Below, piece after piece: positions 1 through 12,939 of a DNA stretch of 64,000 nucleotides (positions are counted from its first letter, which is position 1; every line of letters begins with the position of its first letter). The stretch is from Asterias rubens (taxonomy: Eukaryota), in the NCBI RefSeq assembly GCF_902459465.1, contig NC_047079.1:6572001-6636000 (forward strand). Direction: 5' to 3'. The translations under genes and the position numbers were made by a program. Below the pieces are notes generated by a model. That model was not told the origin of the DNA and did not search any database. It was given only the letters and a program-made list of their open reading frames with translations.

Positions 1-483
1 GTTGTTATCCGCGAACTACACGTGCCTCCCGACTGCCATTGTTACCGGCCAGTCTCGAGCGTGCCCGAGTGTGGGAAAACCCCGCCCATCGAGCGCAAAG
101 ACGACTCAGCTAATTGTAAACAGGCAGTGAAAGGTAAACAATGATCGTAGATAACGTTCCCAGCGGTACTGTTGCCAGAGACAGGGTCATGATCCGGGGC
201 CAGTGAGAGCAGCCCGGGCTACCCCGTACAGTGTGGGTGACTTTAAGCTCGACTCGTACAACCGGTGGTTAGGTACACGTTAGGTACACCATAGAGAAAG
301 CGTACGTAGTGTATCACGAGTCTGGACTGGTGCTCTCTCTCTCTTTCAATGGGGTCTTGTCAAACAAATGGATCCGCATATCTTATTCTCTATTATGGCA
401 ACCTGGGCTTCAAGAACAAAACAAAGATGCTGTATTGGAATGCAGCTGCCTTACCTTACCAAAACACACTGGCCTTATGGAAT

Positions 484-509
484 GAATAACCATAGAGAAA
501 GGGAATAAC
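484..509. mobile_element. Micro-insert CATAGAGAAAGG between 7-bp duplications GAATAAC (putative P-like excision scar)
   Basis: Direct reading: GAATAAC 484-490, insert 491-502, GAATAAC 503-509. Confidence 0.55.
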
Positions 510-1544
510 CAAGTCTCCACTACGTAATACGGAAAATATCAATCCCATCTCAACCCCGAAATCAAGTTATTTTTCTACGAGTTTTAAAAAGTCCCCTTCG
601 GTGCACCTTTCCCCAATATACTCGGATTTTTTTTTCAAAATCACGCCCCCTCAAAATGTGGACGGTATCGCAATTCGTCGTTATCATCTAACACTAGTCT
701 TTGCATTTCCCCCAATCTACTGATTTATTTAGACGTCGTTTATGAGCTGTTTGCTGATGATATTTAAGGGGGCCTTTATCGCAGGACCAAACCATGGGAA
801 AGGCAAACAAAACTGCGATTTTTGTGGGAGCTTACCTGTGCTTGGGCTTGTCTTATCTTGATAACACTCCAGGTACCCAGGTTCCCATTTTTTGTTGTAC
901 CTGTTGTAATAAATTCATGTCCAGGTTTAACGCGTGTCATAACACACAATAGAACTATTAATAAATCTCAATCAAGAAGTCAACATGACCACAGATTTTC
1001 AGATTTGGTGAAAATATCGAACGGGGGTAAAACAAGTTTCAACTTCGGCAAAATAATTCACATGTAGATGGAACGAACGTATTATGGAATAAGTTTTTTT
1101 AGTAACTTTTAAAAAGGAATGTATTGTAACCAGTAATGAAACGAAGGTTTTTAAAACTTTCGAGAAAGGGCAGGTAATATAGCATGGAGAAAGGGCTCAT
1201 ATAAATACAGATTCTTTTGCAAAGAGTTTATTATTTTATTTATTTTAGAGAACATCACGGTAATCTGTACCTCTCTGCTCAGGTTCATGTGTAGAGCAAG
1301 GAAGTCAAGTGCGTTGCCAAACTCATGTCTCAATTGTTACTGATTTCGTCAGCAGAACAAAAGGTTAAACAAAACATCATGCCATTTACTCAAAAATAAT
1401 TGTAAACATTTTTATAGTTTAGATTCGAAATTTCCTTTCCCACTAGTTGTTTTATTTGTTCCGTTTAGTCATTAAGACCCAGGGGGTATAGTAAAGAAAA
1501 AGAAATGTATAACAACAAAAATGAAGCGGCTTGGTCGATATTAA

Positions 1545-1906
1545 AGCCATTTGACGCTTTCGGTAAAAAAAAACAAAAAGTTCACAGATTTACAAATAAC
1601 TTACAGGATTTACAGAAGGTAATGGTGAAAGACTTCTTTTGAAATATTATTCCATGAAATGCTTTACTTTTTGAGAAACAGTAAAACAATATCAATTCTC
1701 GATATCGACAATTACGGATTTATTTTAAACACACGTCATGACACGGCGAAACGTGCGGAAACAAGGGTGGGTTTCCCGTTATTTTCTTCCGACTCCGATG
1801 ACCGATTGGGCCTAAATTTTGACAGGTTTGTTGTTTTATATATAAGTTGTGATACACGAAGTGTGGGCCTTTGGACAATACTTTTTACCGAAAGTGTCCA
1901 ATGGCT
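1545..1906 (-). mobile_element. TTAA-flanked MITE (Kolobok/T2-like), family AGCCATTGGAC
   Basis: TTAA at 1541-1544 and 1907-1910; TIR AGCCATT(T/G)GAC.CTTTCGGTA; inverted homologue at 13700-14062. Confidence 0.85.
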
Positions 1907-2619
1907 TTAATTAAGAAGAATTTGTCGTTAATTTTTTTTTTTTTTTTTTTAAGGAATAAACTTTCAGATTCTTTTAAGAGTCGAATTCACCCGGTTTTCT
2001 TTGACTGAGTAGTTGACGGACATCATTTTATTAAACAACGTCAATAAACACTCTGAATAAACAAACTATTCCGTGTTGGTTAATAACCACCACAAAAAAA
2101 GAACCGACAATTCTAAAAAGAAAAACGAAAAGATCTCCAAAAATATTAGTCAAATAAATGTCCATAAATAAATAAACGCCAACGTGGAAAAAAAAGAGAA
2201 CAAAAATACAAAACGCCAAAAATGAAACCACCACTGATTAAATAAACTGGCACTGTGTGGTGAAAAAACACCTGTTCAGGTTTTTTTTTTGACTATCGGA
2301 ATTTTCCCACGGTCGAAAACCGAAGCGCCAGCAAGCACTCATGAGTCAAAAGTCCTTCCACTTGCCTTTGGCACGTGCCCGTCACCGAGCGCTTCCTGCG
2401 GGCCCCCATTTCTGGTCCCAGGTTGGTTCCTGATAACGATCTAAAAGTGCTGAGCTGTTTCGAAGTTTTGTCCACCACGTACCCAGAAAAGAAAACCACT
2501 AGACTTTTTGACATGAATGTTTTAAGTTATAGAGTTTTCTTGATTGTGTGAATGGTATCGTCTTGTTTGAAATTCTTTTCTTGAGACGATGTGGCGATGG
2601 TGTTTTTTTTGTCAGTTTG

Positions 2620-2828
2620 TGTAATGTCTTGCGTTTCTACAAAATTATCTCATAAACCAATAAGTGACTTTAGAATTATGCAACATAATGTAATGTCTTG
2701 CGTTTCTACAAAATTATCTCATAAACCAACAAGTGACTTTAGAATTATGCAACATAATGTAATGTCTTGCGTTTCTACAAAATTATCTCATAAACCAATA
2801 AGTAACTTTAGAATTATGCAACATAATT
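2620..2828. repeat. Tandem repeat, 69-bp unit x3
   Basis: GTAATGTCTTGCGTTTCTACAAAATTATCTC... starts at 2621, 2690, 2759; near-identical units. Confidence 0.95.
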
Positions 2829-3483
2829 CTTAACCAAACATCTTCATAAGTGTTGATTCTATGTTGTAAGTTTTTCGTTAGTTTGTATCGTAGATACCTA
2901 TTTTACATATTGGCCTAATTCCATAAAGCCTGTAAGCACAACAACTTGCTTTAGTTTGTGCTTAGCCTATGGCCTTACAGTCACCATTGCTGCCACTGCT
3001 TCCCCAGTAGAAAAAAAATTCACCCTGGATAAGCTGCTAAGTTCTGCTTAGCAGCTCTATGAAAGTGGCCCCTGTGCTTCTTTTGAATCGCTGTCTTTTT
3101 GCATTGAAGTTTGCTTTCTAAACGGTATCTCTCTGCACTGCGTGCAGTCAGTGTGTTTTGTGTGCCACCGCTAGGGTAAAATAAATAGTGCATTATCGTC
3201 ACGAGGTGGCGCTCTAGCAGTTTCGAGGGTACAGACGTTTGATTGTACAATGAACACAATACTAGTGAGTGCATACTATTAACAGAACCTGACTATAGTG
3301 CTTGTGTAAAGTACTGTCGTCTCCTAGGTTTTCTGTGCTGTTTTAAATTTGATTTTTCAGGGACAAGGACTAAATATTAGCCTTGGTATCTATCATTTTC
3401 AGAATCAGCACCCCCAAACTAGGTAAACCTTTACTCAAAAATAACGCCCACTCCCTTAAATAGAGCCCTTAGTTGAAATTTGG

Positions 3484-3520
3484 GTTAGACCATAGAGCAA
3501 GGAACAGGTTATGGTTAGAC
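3484..3520. mobile_element. Micro-insert CATAGAGCAAGGAACAGGTTATG between 7-bp duplications GTTAGAC
   Basis: GTTAGAC 3484-3490, 23-bp insert with CATA...TATG ends, GTTAGAC 3514-3520. Confidence 0.65.
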
Positions 3521-4253
3521 GAATCACTGCACACTCAAACACAGTGTTGAAAATTCTTTTCTTTTTTGAAGTATTGTATCAGATTATAATAAATTGTGTC
3601 AATGCACTTCGTTATGAAACGAATGTCGCTGAGGTTTTCGATTTCCCCACTGGCTGGCAGACCATTTTGATTAATTTGAAAATCTGATTTTGCACTTCCG
3701 TTGAAGAATGTAGGCCCGTAGGTGAAATGGGACGGTTGCAGATTATATTATGCATCATTCAAGGACTGTTTAAATTGTTCATATTATAGGAGTAATACAA
3801 TAATCAGAAAATTGTAAAGTAACTTGTAAATGTCTAGAGAAATAAGTAGTTGAAGCTAACTTGCCGGTTCTACTTATAATATAAGTAGAAGTTGTTTTTA
3901 TGCAAAGCTGAATTTCGACAATAACAGCAGCTAAATCGGAATTTAAATGTTTCCTCTCCAATCTTTGTATCTTTGTCATTTTTAAACCGATGTCTATCTA
4001 CAGACAAGGCAAGAAGGGGTGTCTGCAGAGTCATGTGCGCACTATTTGTGCCTGCTAAAACTTCTGATGCAAAATTGTCTCTTTTGTGAACCCAAAGAAT
4101 TTGCGTTTATGTGGTTACACATTCAAACCGGGGACGTTCAATGGCTGTTTAAAACACTTAGCAGAAATACGTGTAATTATTACAGAGATGTGTGCTTCTT
4201 CTGTACTTCACACTTCTTTTTAATAAAAAAGTGTATGAAAAGGGGGCATTTAA

Positions 4254-4622
4254 AGGCAGTGGACACTATTGGTAGCAATTGTCAAAGACTACATATCTCA
4301 ACATATGCATAAAATAACTAACATGTGGAAATTTGAGCTCAATCGGTCATCGAAGTTGCGAGATATTAATGAATGAGAAAAACAACTCTTGTCACACGAA
4401 GTTGCGTGCGTGTAGATGGTTGATTTCGAGACCTCAAGTTCTAAATATGAGGTCTCGAAATCAAGTTCGTGGAAAAATACTTCTTTCTGAAAAACTATGG
4501 CACTTCAGAGGGAGCCGTTTCTCACAATGTTTTATACCATCAGCCTCTCCCCATTACTCGTCACCAAGAAAGGTTTTATGCTAATAATTATTTTGAGTAA
4601 TTTACCAATAGTGCCCACTGCA
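4254..4622 (+). mobile_element. TTAA-flanked MITE (Kolobok/T2-like), family AGGCAGTGGACAC
   Basis: TTAA|AGGCAGTGGACACTATTGGT TIR; internal 17-bp hairpin TTGATTTCGAGACCTCA/TGAGGTCTCGAAATCAA; six near-full copies in the window. Confidence 0.88.
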
Positions 4623-5409
4623 TTAAAAAGTACAATGCTCGGTGCAGAGCCTGTGGAATACACATGCCCTTGTGATATCTTTTGTCATGGTTGGTTAAAG
4701 GCACATACAGTACGTCGAAACACTGCCCTAAAGCAAGAAGCCCCAGTGGCGTTTTTTCTAAATAAGAAAACGATTGATGGTCCTGTGGGGATTGTTAGAT
4801 TCACTGATGCGAAAATTCTTTCCCTTTTTTTTTTTTTTTAGCCAACTGATCGATTGCAATTTTCGTAAATTACTTACGCCGTAAAAAAAATACCTGAGGC
4901 GCGGCTTTTATGATGGCACTTAACAACAAAACATAAAAACACAACGCTGGTGAAAGTGTAGTCATCGGAAACAGGAAATTCACTTTAATGTCTGAAATTT
5001 CGGAAATTCCGACGTTGTAAAACCGCTCAAAGCGTGACATTTATGACAATTTCTGAATACAGTTTTTTGATTTTGAAGTTGGCGAAATTGTACTCGTCGA
5101 AACGGAAACATTTTTGTCAAACAAAATCCCTACTCGACCCTCTGGGATTTCAGCAATTATTATCGGTGTAAAAATGCCCGGAGCATGAAATTTATGAAAA
5201 AAGGAGTGGAAACAGCTCATAAAGTGTCCGCACGCCGTAGGCAATTCTTCAATATTTTTGAAGAGATAATAGGCGCACCTATTAACTTAATGATCGTTTA
5301 AAAACCTATAGGAGGTTTGTATATTTTTATGGGGAAACTGTGCTTGGAATAAAAATTATGGACGTGTTTTTGTGGAACGTAAAGGCAAAGCACACTTTTT
5401 GGTTATTGT

Positions 5410-5580
5410 AGAAGACTTTCTCTTTCTCCAGAAGACGATCAGAGCATACTGATCGAAACGTCGAGTTGAAACCAACGGTTCTTTTCAGAACCACCCCAAC
5501 TCATTAGAGATAGTCATTACGTGGTGTTACCGCAAACCTTTCCATATCGTATTTCCACCATGCAAAGTTTCAAATCCTAG
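5410..5580 (+). mobile_element. Penelope-like element terminal fragment with hammerhead-like core (reverse homologue about 52865-52990)
   Basis: CAGAAGA-C-GATCAG/CTGATC-GAAACGTC motif plus a shared downstream body (GAGTTG.AACCAACGGTTCTTTTC.GAACC) in two copies. Confidence 0.55.
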
Positions 5581-6459
5581 TTATTGTTATTGTCAAAGAC
5601 TAGTCTTTACTTGGTATACCCTAACATTATGCATGAAATAGCAAACCTTTGAATCAATCGGTCTGCAAAAAGTGGCCCCCAAAACACACTTGTTGCAAAT
5701 AATTGGGTGTTTTCAGATGCATGAGAAAGGCTTTATGCCTGAAGCTTTTTTTAGATTCAAATGTTATTTTTAAATTATTTACTAAGGTTGATTCAATGCA
5801 TAAAACAAGTAAATACGACAACATTCATTGAATTGGGCCAAAATTTTTCTGAAAGTACAGGAACATGAAGACAAAAGCTGGTGCAGAAAATAAGTAAAAA
5901 AGTTTGTTTAAAATTGAGGATGGGACATAAATCCCCGTTATTGTGATATAGCCTATAGGGACTGAGCACTAACAGACGACGCCGCTTCCCGTGTAGGAAT
6001 CGAACGGCTGACAGAGGTGAACTATGAAATAGCCGTTTAATTCTTAAACCTACAATTGGACACCTGCAACACTTTTATTTCACTTTGCAATTTTAATTTA
6101 AGTATTTAATTTAAGTATTTTATGAAGTTCATACTGTAACATTTTTTTCTGTTAAATATTTCCCTCTGAAATGAAGTCTTCAAGAAAAAAATGTGTCTGC
6201 AAACCTTAAAATATGATTGTATATACGTTTGGTATTTAATTGGAACACACGGATTGTTTTAATCCATAGGCATAGGCCTATAGAAAACTAACCTGTGCAA
6301 ATTTGATTTCAAAAGGTTGTAGGGTTTATGAGATGTTGCCGAAAATCTGGAGCAGTTATGTCCACACACGAAGAGTTACCTACAATTGGAATACATTATT
6401 TGAGAAACTTAACAATCAGTAAAGCTTCTCCGTTTTATGGAGTGAAAAATGATATCCAT

Positions 6460-6708
6460 TCCAAAAACACACTTGTTGCACAAATTTTGTTTGCTTTGAG
6501 ATTCCAGCAAAAGGCTTCAGGCCTAAAGCCTTTCTCAAATTCAAATGTTTTAGTGAGAAATTACCCAAAGCTCTCAAAAACTACGTCACTTCGGAGCGGA
6601 GTCATTTATGACATTTTTTAATACTATAATAACAGCTCTTCATTGCTCGTTACCAAGTAAGTTTTCATGCTAGTACATATTTTGAGTAATTACCAAAATT
6701 TTCCACAA
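6460..6708 (+). mobile_element. Truncated relative of the TTAA MITE family (further fragments 5590-5765, 32050-32230)
   Basis: Shares the ...CTCGTTACCAAGTAAG...TTTTGAGTAATTACCAA right end and the AAAACACACTTGTTGCA segment with 5590-5765. Confidence 0.6.
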
Positions 6709-6731
6709 GTTGGTTTACTATGGTGAAGTGT

Positions 6732-6843
6732 GGCCGTGTCCGAAACGACGACTTCGGCTACAGCTACGGCTAGATCAGCGCGTCTGCCAGTATTGAAGAG
6801 TATTGAAGCCTCTGTAGCCGTAATCACCGTTTCGGACACGGCC
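6732..6843. mobile_element. Palindromic Harbinger/Tourist-like MITE, family GGCCGTGTCCGAA
   Basis: TIR GGCCGTGTCCGAAACG/CGTTTCGGACACGGCC; homologues at 12808, 15164, 30241. Confidence 0.75.
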
Positions 6844-6847
6844 TTAA

Positions 6848-7195
6848 AGACACTGGACACTATTGGTTATTGTCAAAGACCAATCTTATCATTTGGTGTA
6901 TCTCAACCTATGCATAAAATAACAAACCTTTGCAAGTTTGAGCTCAATTGGTCTTCGAAGTTGCGAGATAATAATGAAAGAAAAAACGCCCTTGTCACAC
7001 GAAGTTCGAGACGTCAAATTCTAAATCTCGAAATCAAATTCGTGGAAATGACTTCTTTCTCGAAAACTATACGTCACTTCAGAGGAGCCGTTTCTCACAA
7101 TGTTTTATACTACCAACCTCTCCCCATTACTCGTTACCAAGTAAGGTTTTATGCTAATAATTATTTTGAGTAATTACTAATAGTGTCCACTGCCT
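6848..7195 (+). mobile_element. TTAA-flanked MITE, family AGGCAGTGGACAC
   Basis: TTAA at 6844-6847 and 7196-7199, TIRs present, body homologous to 4254-4622 with a deletion in the internal hairpin. Confidence 0.88.
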
Positions 7196-8116
7196 TTAAA
7201 GCTTAAAGGTGGAACACCAGCCGACGATAACGTCGCGTGCGCCAACGCGTGTGTTATTGTCGACACGGTGTTTTTGCTGTCTGCTCGTAATGGTGGGGGT
7301 GGTACCCGTTTCACGTGCACTGTTCCCAGTCATGCACTTAGTCGTCAGCTCTTTTTTTAATCCCCTTGATGGCAAAACACAATATCACAAATATGTAGAA
7401 AACATGTCTGATTTCATTGTGTTGGTCTTGTTTTCTTCATCGAGAGAAAGCTTGGTGTATGCTGGACTGTATGGATGTACATTTGTAAGTGCACATTCCA
7501 TAGCATAGTGTTTTTATTCATGCTTGCTGTAAACACAATTTCATTCAGAGCAAGTTGCCCTGGAATTTCTTATGGATAACCTTATAATATAAAGAATTTT
7601 AGTTTTATTGTATTTTTTGTAATGTATGGAGAGGAATCAAACTCGCTATGATTTATAAACAAGAAGGTCGTTGACATTTTGGAGGAAATTATCCACATAA
7701 TACAACATTTAATTCAAAACGTATCCCTATTTCACAGAGCTGCTTATAATAAGCACAACAAACTCACTAAGCACTACAGTGAACTTTGCTTACTGGAATG
7801 GGGTCAATACCGGCTAAATGTTTTTGTGCGTAATAATTAATGACTGGTTCCTTGCTTATTTGGCTTTTGCTAAGCAGCGTTTTAAAACTGTTGATACAGG
7901 GGTAACCTAACCCAAATTTATCACGGGTAACGACGTTAAGTTTTTAAAGAAGTTTACCTCAATTGTACCTTATCTTCATGCGTGGGATGATTGTATGAGA
8001 TGGGGGGGGGGGGGGTGGGGGTGCACAGGTGGGGGATGCGACGCAGAGGATATCTCCATATTCACAAGCGCCATCTTAAAAATATACCGCAATGCATCTT
8101 GAGGAACCGAGTACAG

Positions 8117-8287
8117 GGGTGGATTTCACAAAGGTAGTCCTAACTTAGGACTAGTCCTATGCAATGCTAAGAGATAGGACCAGTCCTAAGTTAGGATGAG
8201 TTGCTGGTCCTAACTTAGGACCAGTCCTATCTCTTATCATTGCCTAGGACTAGTCCTAAGTTAGGACTACCTTTGTGAAATCCACCC
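8117..8287. mobile_element. Near-perfect palindromic MITE family GGGTGGATTTCACAAAG (copies 31895-32029, diverged 54657-54825)
   Basis: Whole element is an inverted repeat built from TCCTAA(C/G)TTAGGA and AGGAC(T/C)AGTCCT modules; CWG flanks (CAG/CTG at the 31895 copy). Confidence 0.82.
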
Positions 8288-9681
8288 AGATTACATTTAA
8301 ATCAAGTTGCTAAATGCTGAGAAGCGACGTACGGTAGTTGCCTGGCACACTTGTCATTTTAACCCAACGTGGTACACCCAATACATGTGTTGGGCCTATA
8401 CACTTTTGCTGTTGATTTCGTGTTGAAGTTTCTTTGAAATATAGATTGTGACGAGACAATAATCTGCATTCTGCATTACACATTTCCACAGTCACAAGCG
8501 CCAATACACAGTGTATGTTTAATGTAATAGATTTCAGAATATGTTGTCAACTTATTGTCACTTCGAAAGGTGCATCTTTTAGGTTTTTTAAAACCATATA
8601 TCCATAATTTCCAATCAAATTCTACCATTTCCCCCCAAATTATTTTACCGGGGTTCCTTAAGATGACCCATCTGTTGCCTTCTCTTGGCGCCGGCACGTA
8701 ACCCACAATCGTTCCACTCGTGAGTGCCCAGTGCGATAAAGACCGGGGACGAACCCAAGGGAACGTGTCTAGTTCCCGGTTCCCACGACACGGGGGCGAT
8801 CCTGTGGGCCTCGTACGGGGAGGCTAGCTTCATTGACTACAGTACGTGGAAGCTTGAGTTCATAACACTACACCCGTCGGCAGTGTTGTTTTTTGCACTG
8901 CGAAATTGCCACTGTCGTAGTGCTTTTCAATGGGGGTAATTTTCTTCAAATCGATTCAAAAAAGGGAATCCTTTAAAAAATGAATCAGAACAAAATTTTT
9001 AGATTGGAAATTGAAAACTGAATAAAGTTAAACCACGTTGTAGCTTTGAAGTCTCACCTGCCCTGGGCCCTGGTACTACTAGACTTGTGCACAAGTCGTT
9101 AATGTCGTTATAGCGTAATGCACTCTGTAGCCCCCCCCCCCCCCCAATCAAAAATAGACTGGTCTCGCGAGATCACGAGTGAGGGCAGGCAGACTCGCGG
9201 CGCAGTGGTAGACTCGTATGGTAGACGTATTCAATGATGATGGGAATAAAATCCACTAAAGGATTTGTTTGGTGTGGGCCTCTAGGTGGCAGCATAACCT
9301 GGAGGAGATGCAACATATCATTTTTGTTTTCTTTTTTTTTCTGGAAATTTATGTCAGCTCTTTTTCGCGCCGTTTCGTTTCATAGAAACACAGGAGGAAG
9401 TTGTCTGGTCCTCTATGGAACTTCCATCCAGCCATACCAAGTTCAGTGACCGTGTCGTCTGCTCGCCTGCTGATAATGGAGCCACCACGTAAATCTGTGA
9501 CGATGACAACTGTCACATGACCCTATCGTATGTCCCAATGCGCATGATCGGCGCGCAAAGGATTCTGGGTAAATCTGAGTCCAAGCAACACTCACCTGGA
9601 AACCATAATCATATGGCGCATTGATTTTGAAGCAGTGTACATGTAGACCACAACTTAAAAGCAACTTACAAACTTGGCATT

Positions 9682-9829
9682 GGCCCTTTTCGAATCCACG
9701 GCTTCGGCTCTCGTCCTCTCGTCTGAAGCCCTGAGCACGTACGTAAAGCACGCGCAACTGTCAAAACAACCGCGGGGCAAAGCTAGCTTGAGCCGAACCT
9801 GGAGCCGAAGCCGTGGTTTCGAAAGGGCC
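9682..9829. mobile_element. Palindromic MITE family GGCCCTTTTCGAA (related copies 52563-52680, 59185-59329)
   Basis: TIR GGCCCTTTTCGAA.CCACGGCTTCGGCTC / GAGCCGAAGCCGTGGTTTCGAAAGGGCC. Confidence 0.72.
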
Positions 9830-11169
9830 CAACTGTAAAAAAAAAAAAACTGTTTCGAAAAGGGCCATAATACGGTGTCCATCTTGGCAGTTTGATTGAC
9901 TGTGTGTAGGCCCGTAGAGCCAGGACTACTCGTTTTTCCCGAAGATGCATTGTGGATTAGATGGCACTTTTGGGTAATAGGCATTGAGAATTGCAGATCA
10001 TCACAAAGGCTGGTGAAAAAGTGTGTGTGAAGTTTTACGAGTTGAAGGAAGGGATACAACTTAAGTTAATTTAATATTAAGGAATCGATGATCGTTAGCA
10101 TAGCATCGGAATGTCCCATACTGTTCACATACGTGTCGGAATGGTCGTCGTATCCCACTAAAAACAAAAACACAAAATTGATTACCTTAAACATTTTCCC
10201 AACAAAGACATATTTATGTCCATGAATAAAAATAAACTCCCCGTCGACTTTTTAGTAGAGTAAAGGGTCCAAATGTCAAGACGTATGACTACACGAGGGC
10301 ACTGCGGGTTCCCACCTCGTCACCCACGGTGCTAAATCACTAATACTATCAAAATAATTGGAGGGAGATTATTACATTTTATTTCATTTTTTTTAATTTT
10401 CTTCTCAAATCGCGATTTTTTTTTTAAAGACTTGCCCGGGACCTGTTTTCCAACCAGCGGTCTTAAATCATCACCGCCGATGGTTGGGTTGATTGGCCTC
10501 CTTGGTTTGGAAGCGCAGCGTCCCCGTGTAAAGGTTGCCTGTGTCTTTCGGTGGAGAGTTTCTTGACGAGCGCCACTGCGGGGTCCGACGATAAAAAAAA
10601 AATCACCAGGGAAGAGAAAAAAAACTTGCCTGGGACCGACCCCGGACAACTTTCCCACGATCTCTATAAACTCATGTGGCAGACTGCCAAAAACTGTACC
10701 CTGCACACTGACATGACCGAGCGTAGTCAGTTAGCGACACGTTTAGGCATGGCACGTGCTGGGCCTTGTTTGCTCGAGCGCGCCAAAACTTTTTTTACCC
10801 GTGTGCAGAAAGACAACAAGTGGAGATGAGATAAGAAGAAATATGTAACTTAGTTCTTGCATGGAGGAATGGAGGAAGGGTTAACATTTATATTAAACTG
10901 ATGTCACTGGTGGATGAAGTGTTTCACAATTATCCTAGAGACCGACATTTGTTTCAAAGGTGATGTACTGGATTGGTATAGCTGATAAAATAGTCGCAGC
11001 GATGCTTTTATTTGTGTGATCAACAAGCAACATCCATTGTTACAGTCGGGAGACAAAAAGCGAAACAATGCATAGCAACAGTATTCAGCATGTACAAATG
11101 TATAGGCCTAGGCCTAAACACATTGCTCTTAAATTAATGTCACATTTAATTTTAAATAGCCACCTTTAA

Positions 11170-11565
11170 AGAAACTGGACACTATTGGTAATTATCAAAG
11201 ACTAGTCTTCACAGTTGGTGTATCTCAACATATTTATACAAAATCAAACCTGTGCAAATTTGAGTTAAATCGGTCGTCGAAGTTGCGAGATATTAATGAC
11301 AGAAAAAACACCCTTGTCGCACCATGGTCGCACGAAGTTGTGTGATTTCAGATGCTTGATTTCGAGACCTCAAATTCTAAATCTAAGGTCTCGAAATCAA
11401 ACTCATGGACAATTAATTATCGAAAACTACGTCAGTTCATCTCCAGTTCAGAGGGAGCTGTTTCTCACAATGTTTTATACCATCAACCTCTCCCCATTAC
11501 TCGTAATCAAGAGAGGTTTTATGATAATAATGATTGTGAGTAATTACCAATAGTGTCTACTTCCT
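11170..11565 (+). mobile_element. TTAA-flanked MITE, family AGGCAGTGGACAC
   Basis: TTAA at 11166-11169 and 11566-11569, TIRs, homologous body. Confidence 0.87.
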
Positions 11566-12543
11566 TTAAGACTTATTCCGTTTAAATGTCACCTGCAAAA
11601 AATAATGCCTCCTTTAAAATACAATGAACATTCGTACGCATTGTTTGCGATAAGAAATAATGTTTTTATAAACAGATGCTAAAACCACTTATCAAGAAAA
11701 ACAGAATAACCTTCAAAAATCATTAGTCTCGTTTGTTTCTTATAACTGAGATGGCGGATTGATCTTAGGTGTTTTTTTTGTTTAGCCCTAACACGCACGC
11801 GTGCATGCTATTTATAGCCTACAACAACACGCCACCTTGTCAGCTGGTTTCTGATGTTATCCTGCCTGGTCCCGTTAGTAAGAAACAGCTTTTACCCGAA
11901 CAGTTCGTTAGAGAATAAAAAATAACAAGTTTTGGAAGAGTGTTCTTGCCAATATGTTCTTGCCACACTAAATGCTATTGTTTGCCAATAACTTTCAGTC
12001 CAATTCTAAACAATTTGTTGTGAAAAGGCTTCCTCTGATATTATGACAAACTTAGATTGATCTACCGCATGTTTGTAAATGAACTTAAATATTGTTGTCA
12101 ACTCTGTTTTTTATATTTAATATGCAGCATTTATTTCCGTCTTCGGCAAATGGTGTTTGAGATATTTCTTTCTGGTTATCTGGAAAGTTATCTGGAAAGT
12201 TATCTGTAAATAACTTGTGTTGATCGTTGATATGGAGTTATATTACCAAGGTTGCGGGCACAGCTCCCCCTATCCCTCTATTTACAGTGATTGAAACGCA
12301 TTCTTTCCGGTAACCCCTGTTACACACCTGGATCATATTTCCCACATGTACATTTCGTTTCCTCTTGGACGCTTGTTCTTGGTTTTTTTTAACTTTCTCC
12401 ACTCTCACCCTGAGCTGTCTGTTGCAAAGCAATGCCCCTTGTTCGTACGGCTACATCTTCGCTGGTTTGTATCACTCTTTCTGGTTCGGTTTCTTGGATT
12501 TCATCAGTTGTTTCTGAACATTCTTAACATCACCGATGACCTT

Positions 12544-12784
12544 GGCCCAATTTCATAGAGCTGCTAAGCACACAAATTTGCTAAGCATGAAATGTCTTCC
12601 TTGGTAAAAACAGGATTACCAACAAAATTTCAATTTGTTGTATATTCCTCGTTACTGGTATTCAGCTGTTGTTTGCTCATCCTGAAAATCACGTTAACAT
12701 TTGGTTGGTAATCCTGTTTTCATCAAGGAAGAAACTTCATGCTAAGCAAATTGTTGTGCTTAGCAGCTCTATGAAATTGGGCCC
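12544..12784. mobile_element. MITE family GGCCCAATTTCATAGAGCTGCTAAGCA
   Basis: TIRs of about 28 bp; second full copy 60200-60439; fragments near 3025-3072 and 60622-60680. Confidence 0.82.
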
Positions 12785-12807
12785 TGATATTCTTCCGCAG
12801 ACACTTA

Positions 12808-12939
12808 GGCCGTGCCCGAATTGGCGACTTCGGCTACAGCTAGCTACGGCTAGATCAGCGCGTCTGTCAGTGTTGAAGAATAGCATACGCGCGCGCCCTA
12901 GCCGTAGCTGTTGCCGAAGTCGCCAATTCGGACACGGCC
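12808..12939. mobile_element. Palindromic Harbinger/Tourist-like MITE, family GGCCGTGTCCGAA
   Basis: Inverted repeat arms of about 50 bp; 3-bp TTA duplication both sides (12805-12807, 12940-12942). Confidence 0.82.

Noticed and set aside
2591-2833. ORF with a triple 23-aa repeat (VMSCVSTKLSHKP...)
   Set aside because: It is the translation of a 69-bp tandem repeat whose unit is a multiple of three; no coding evidence.
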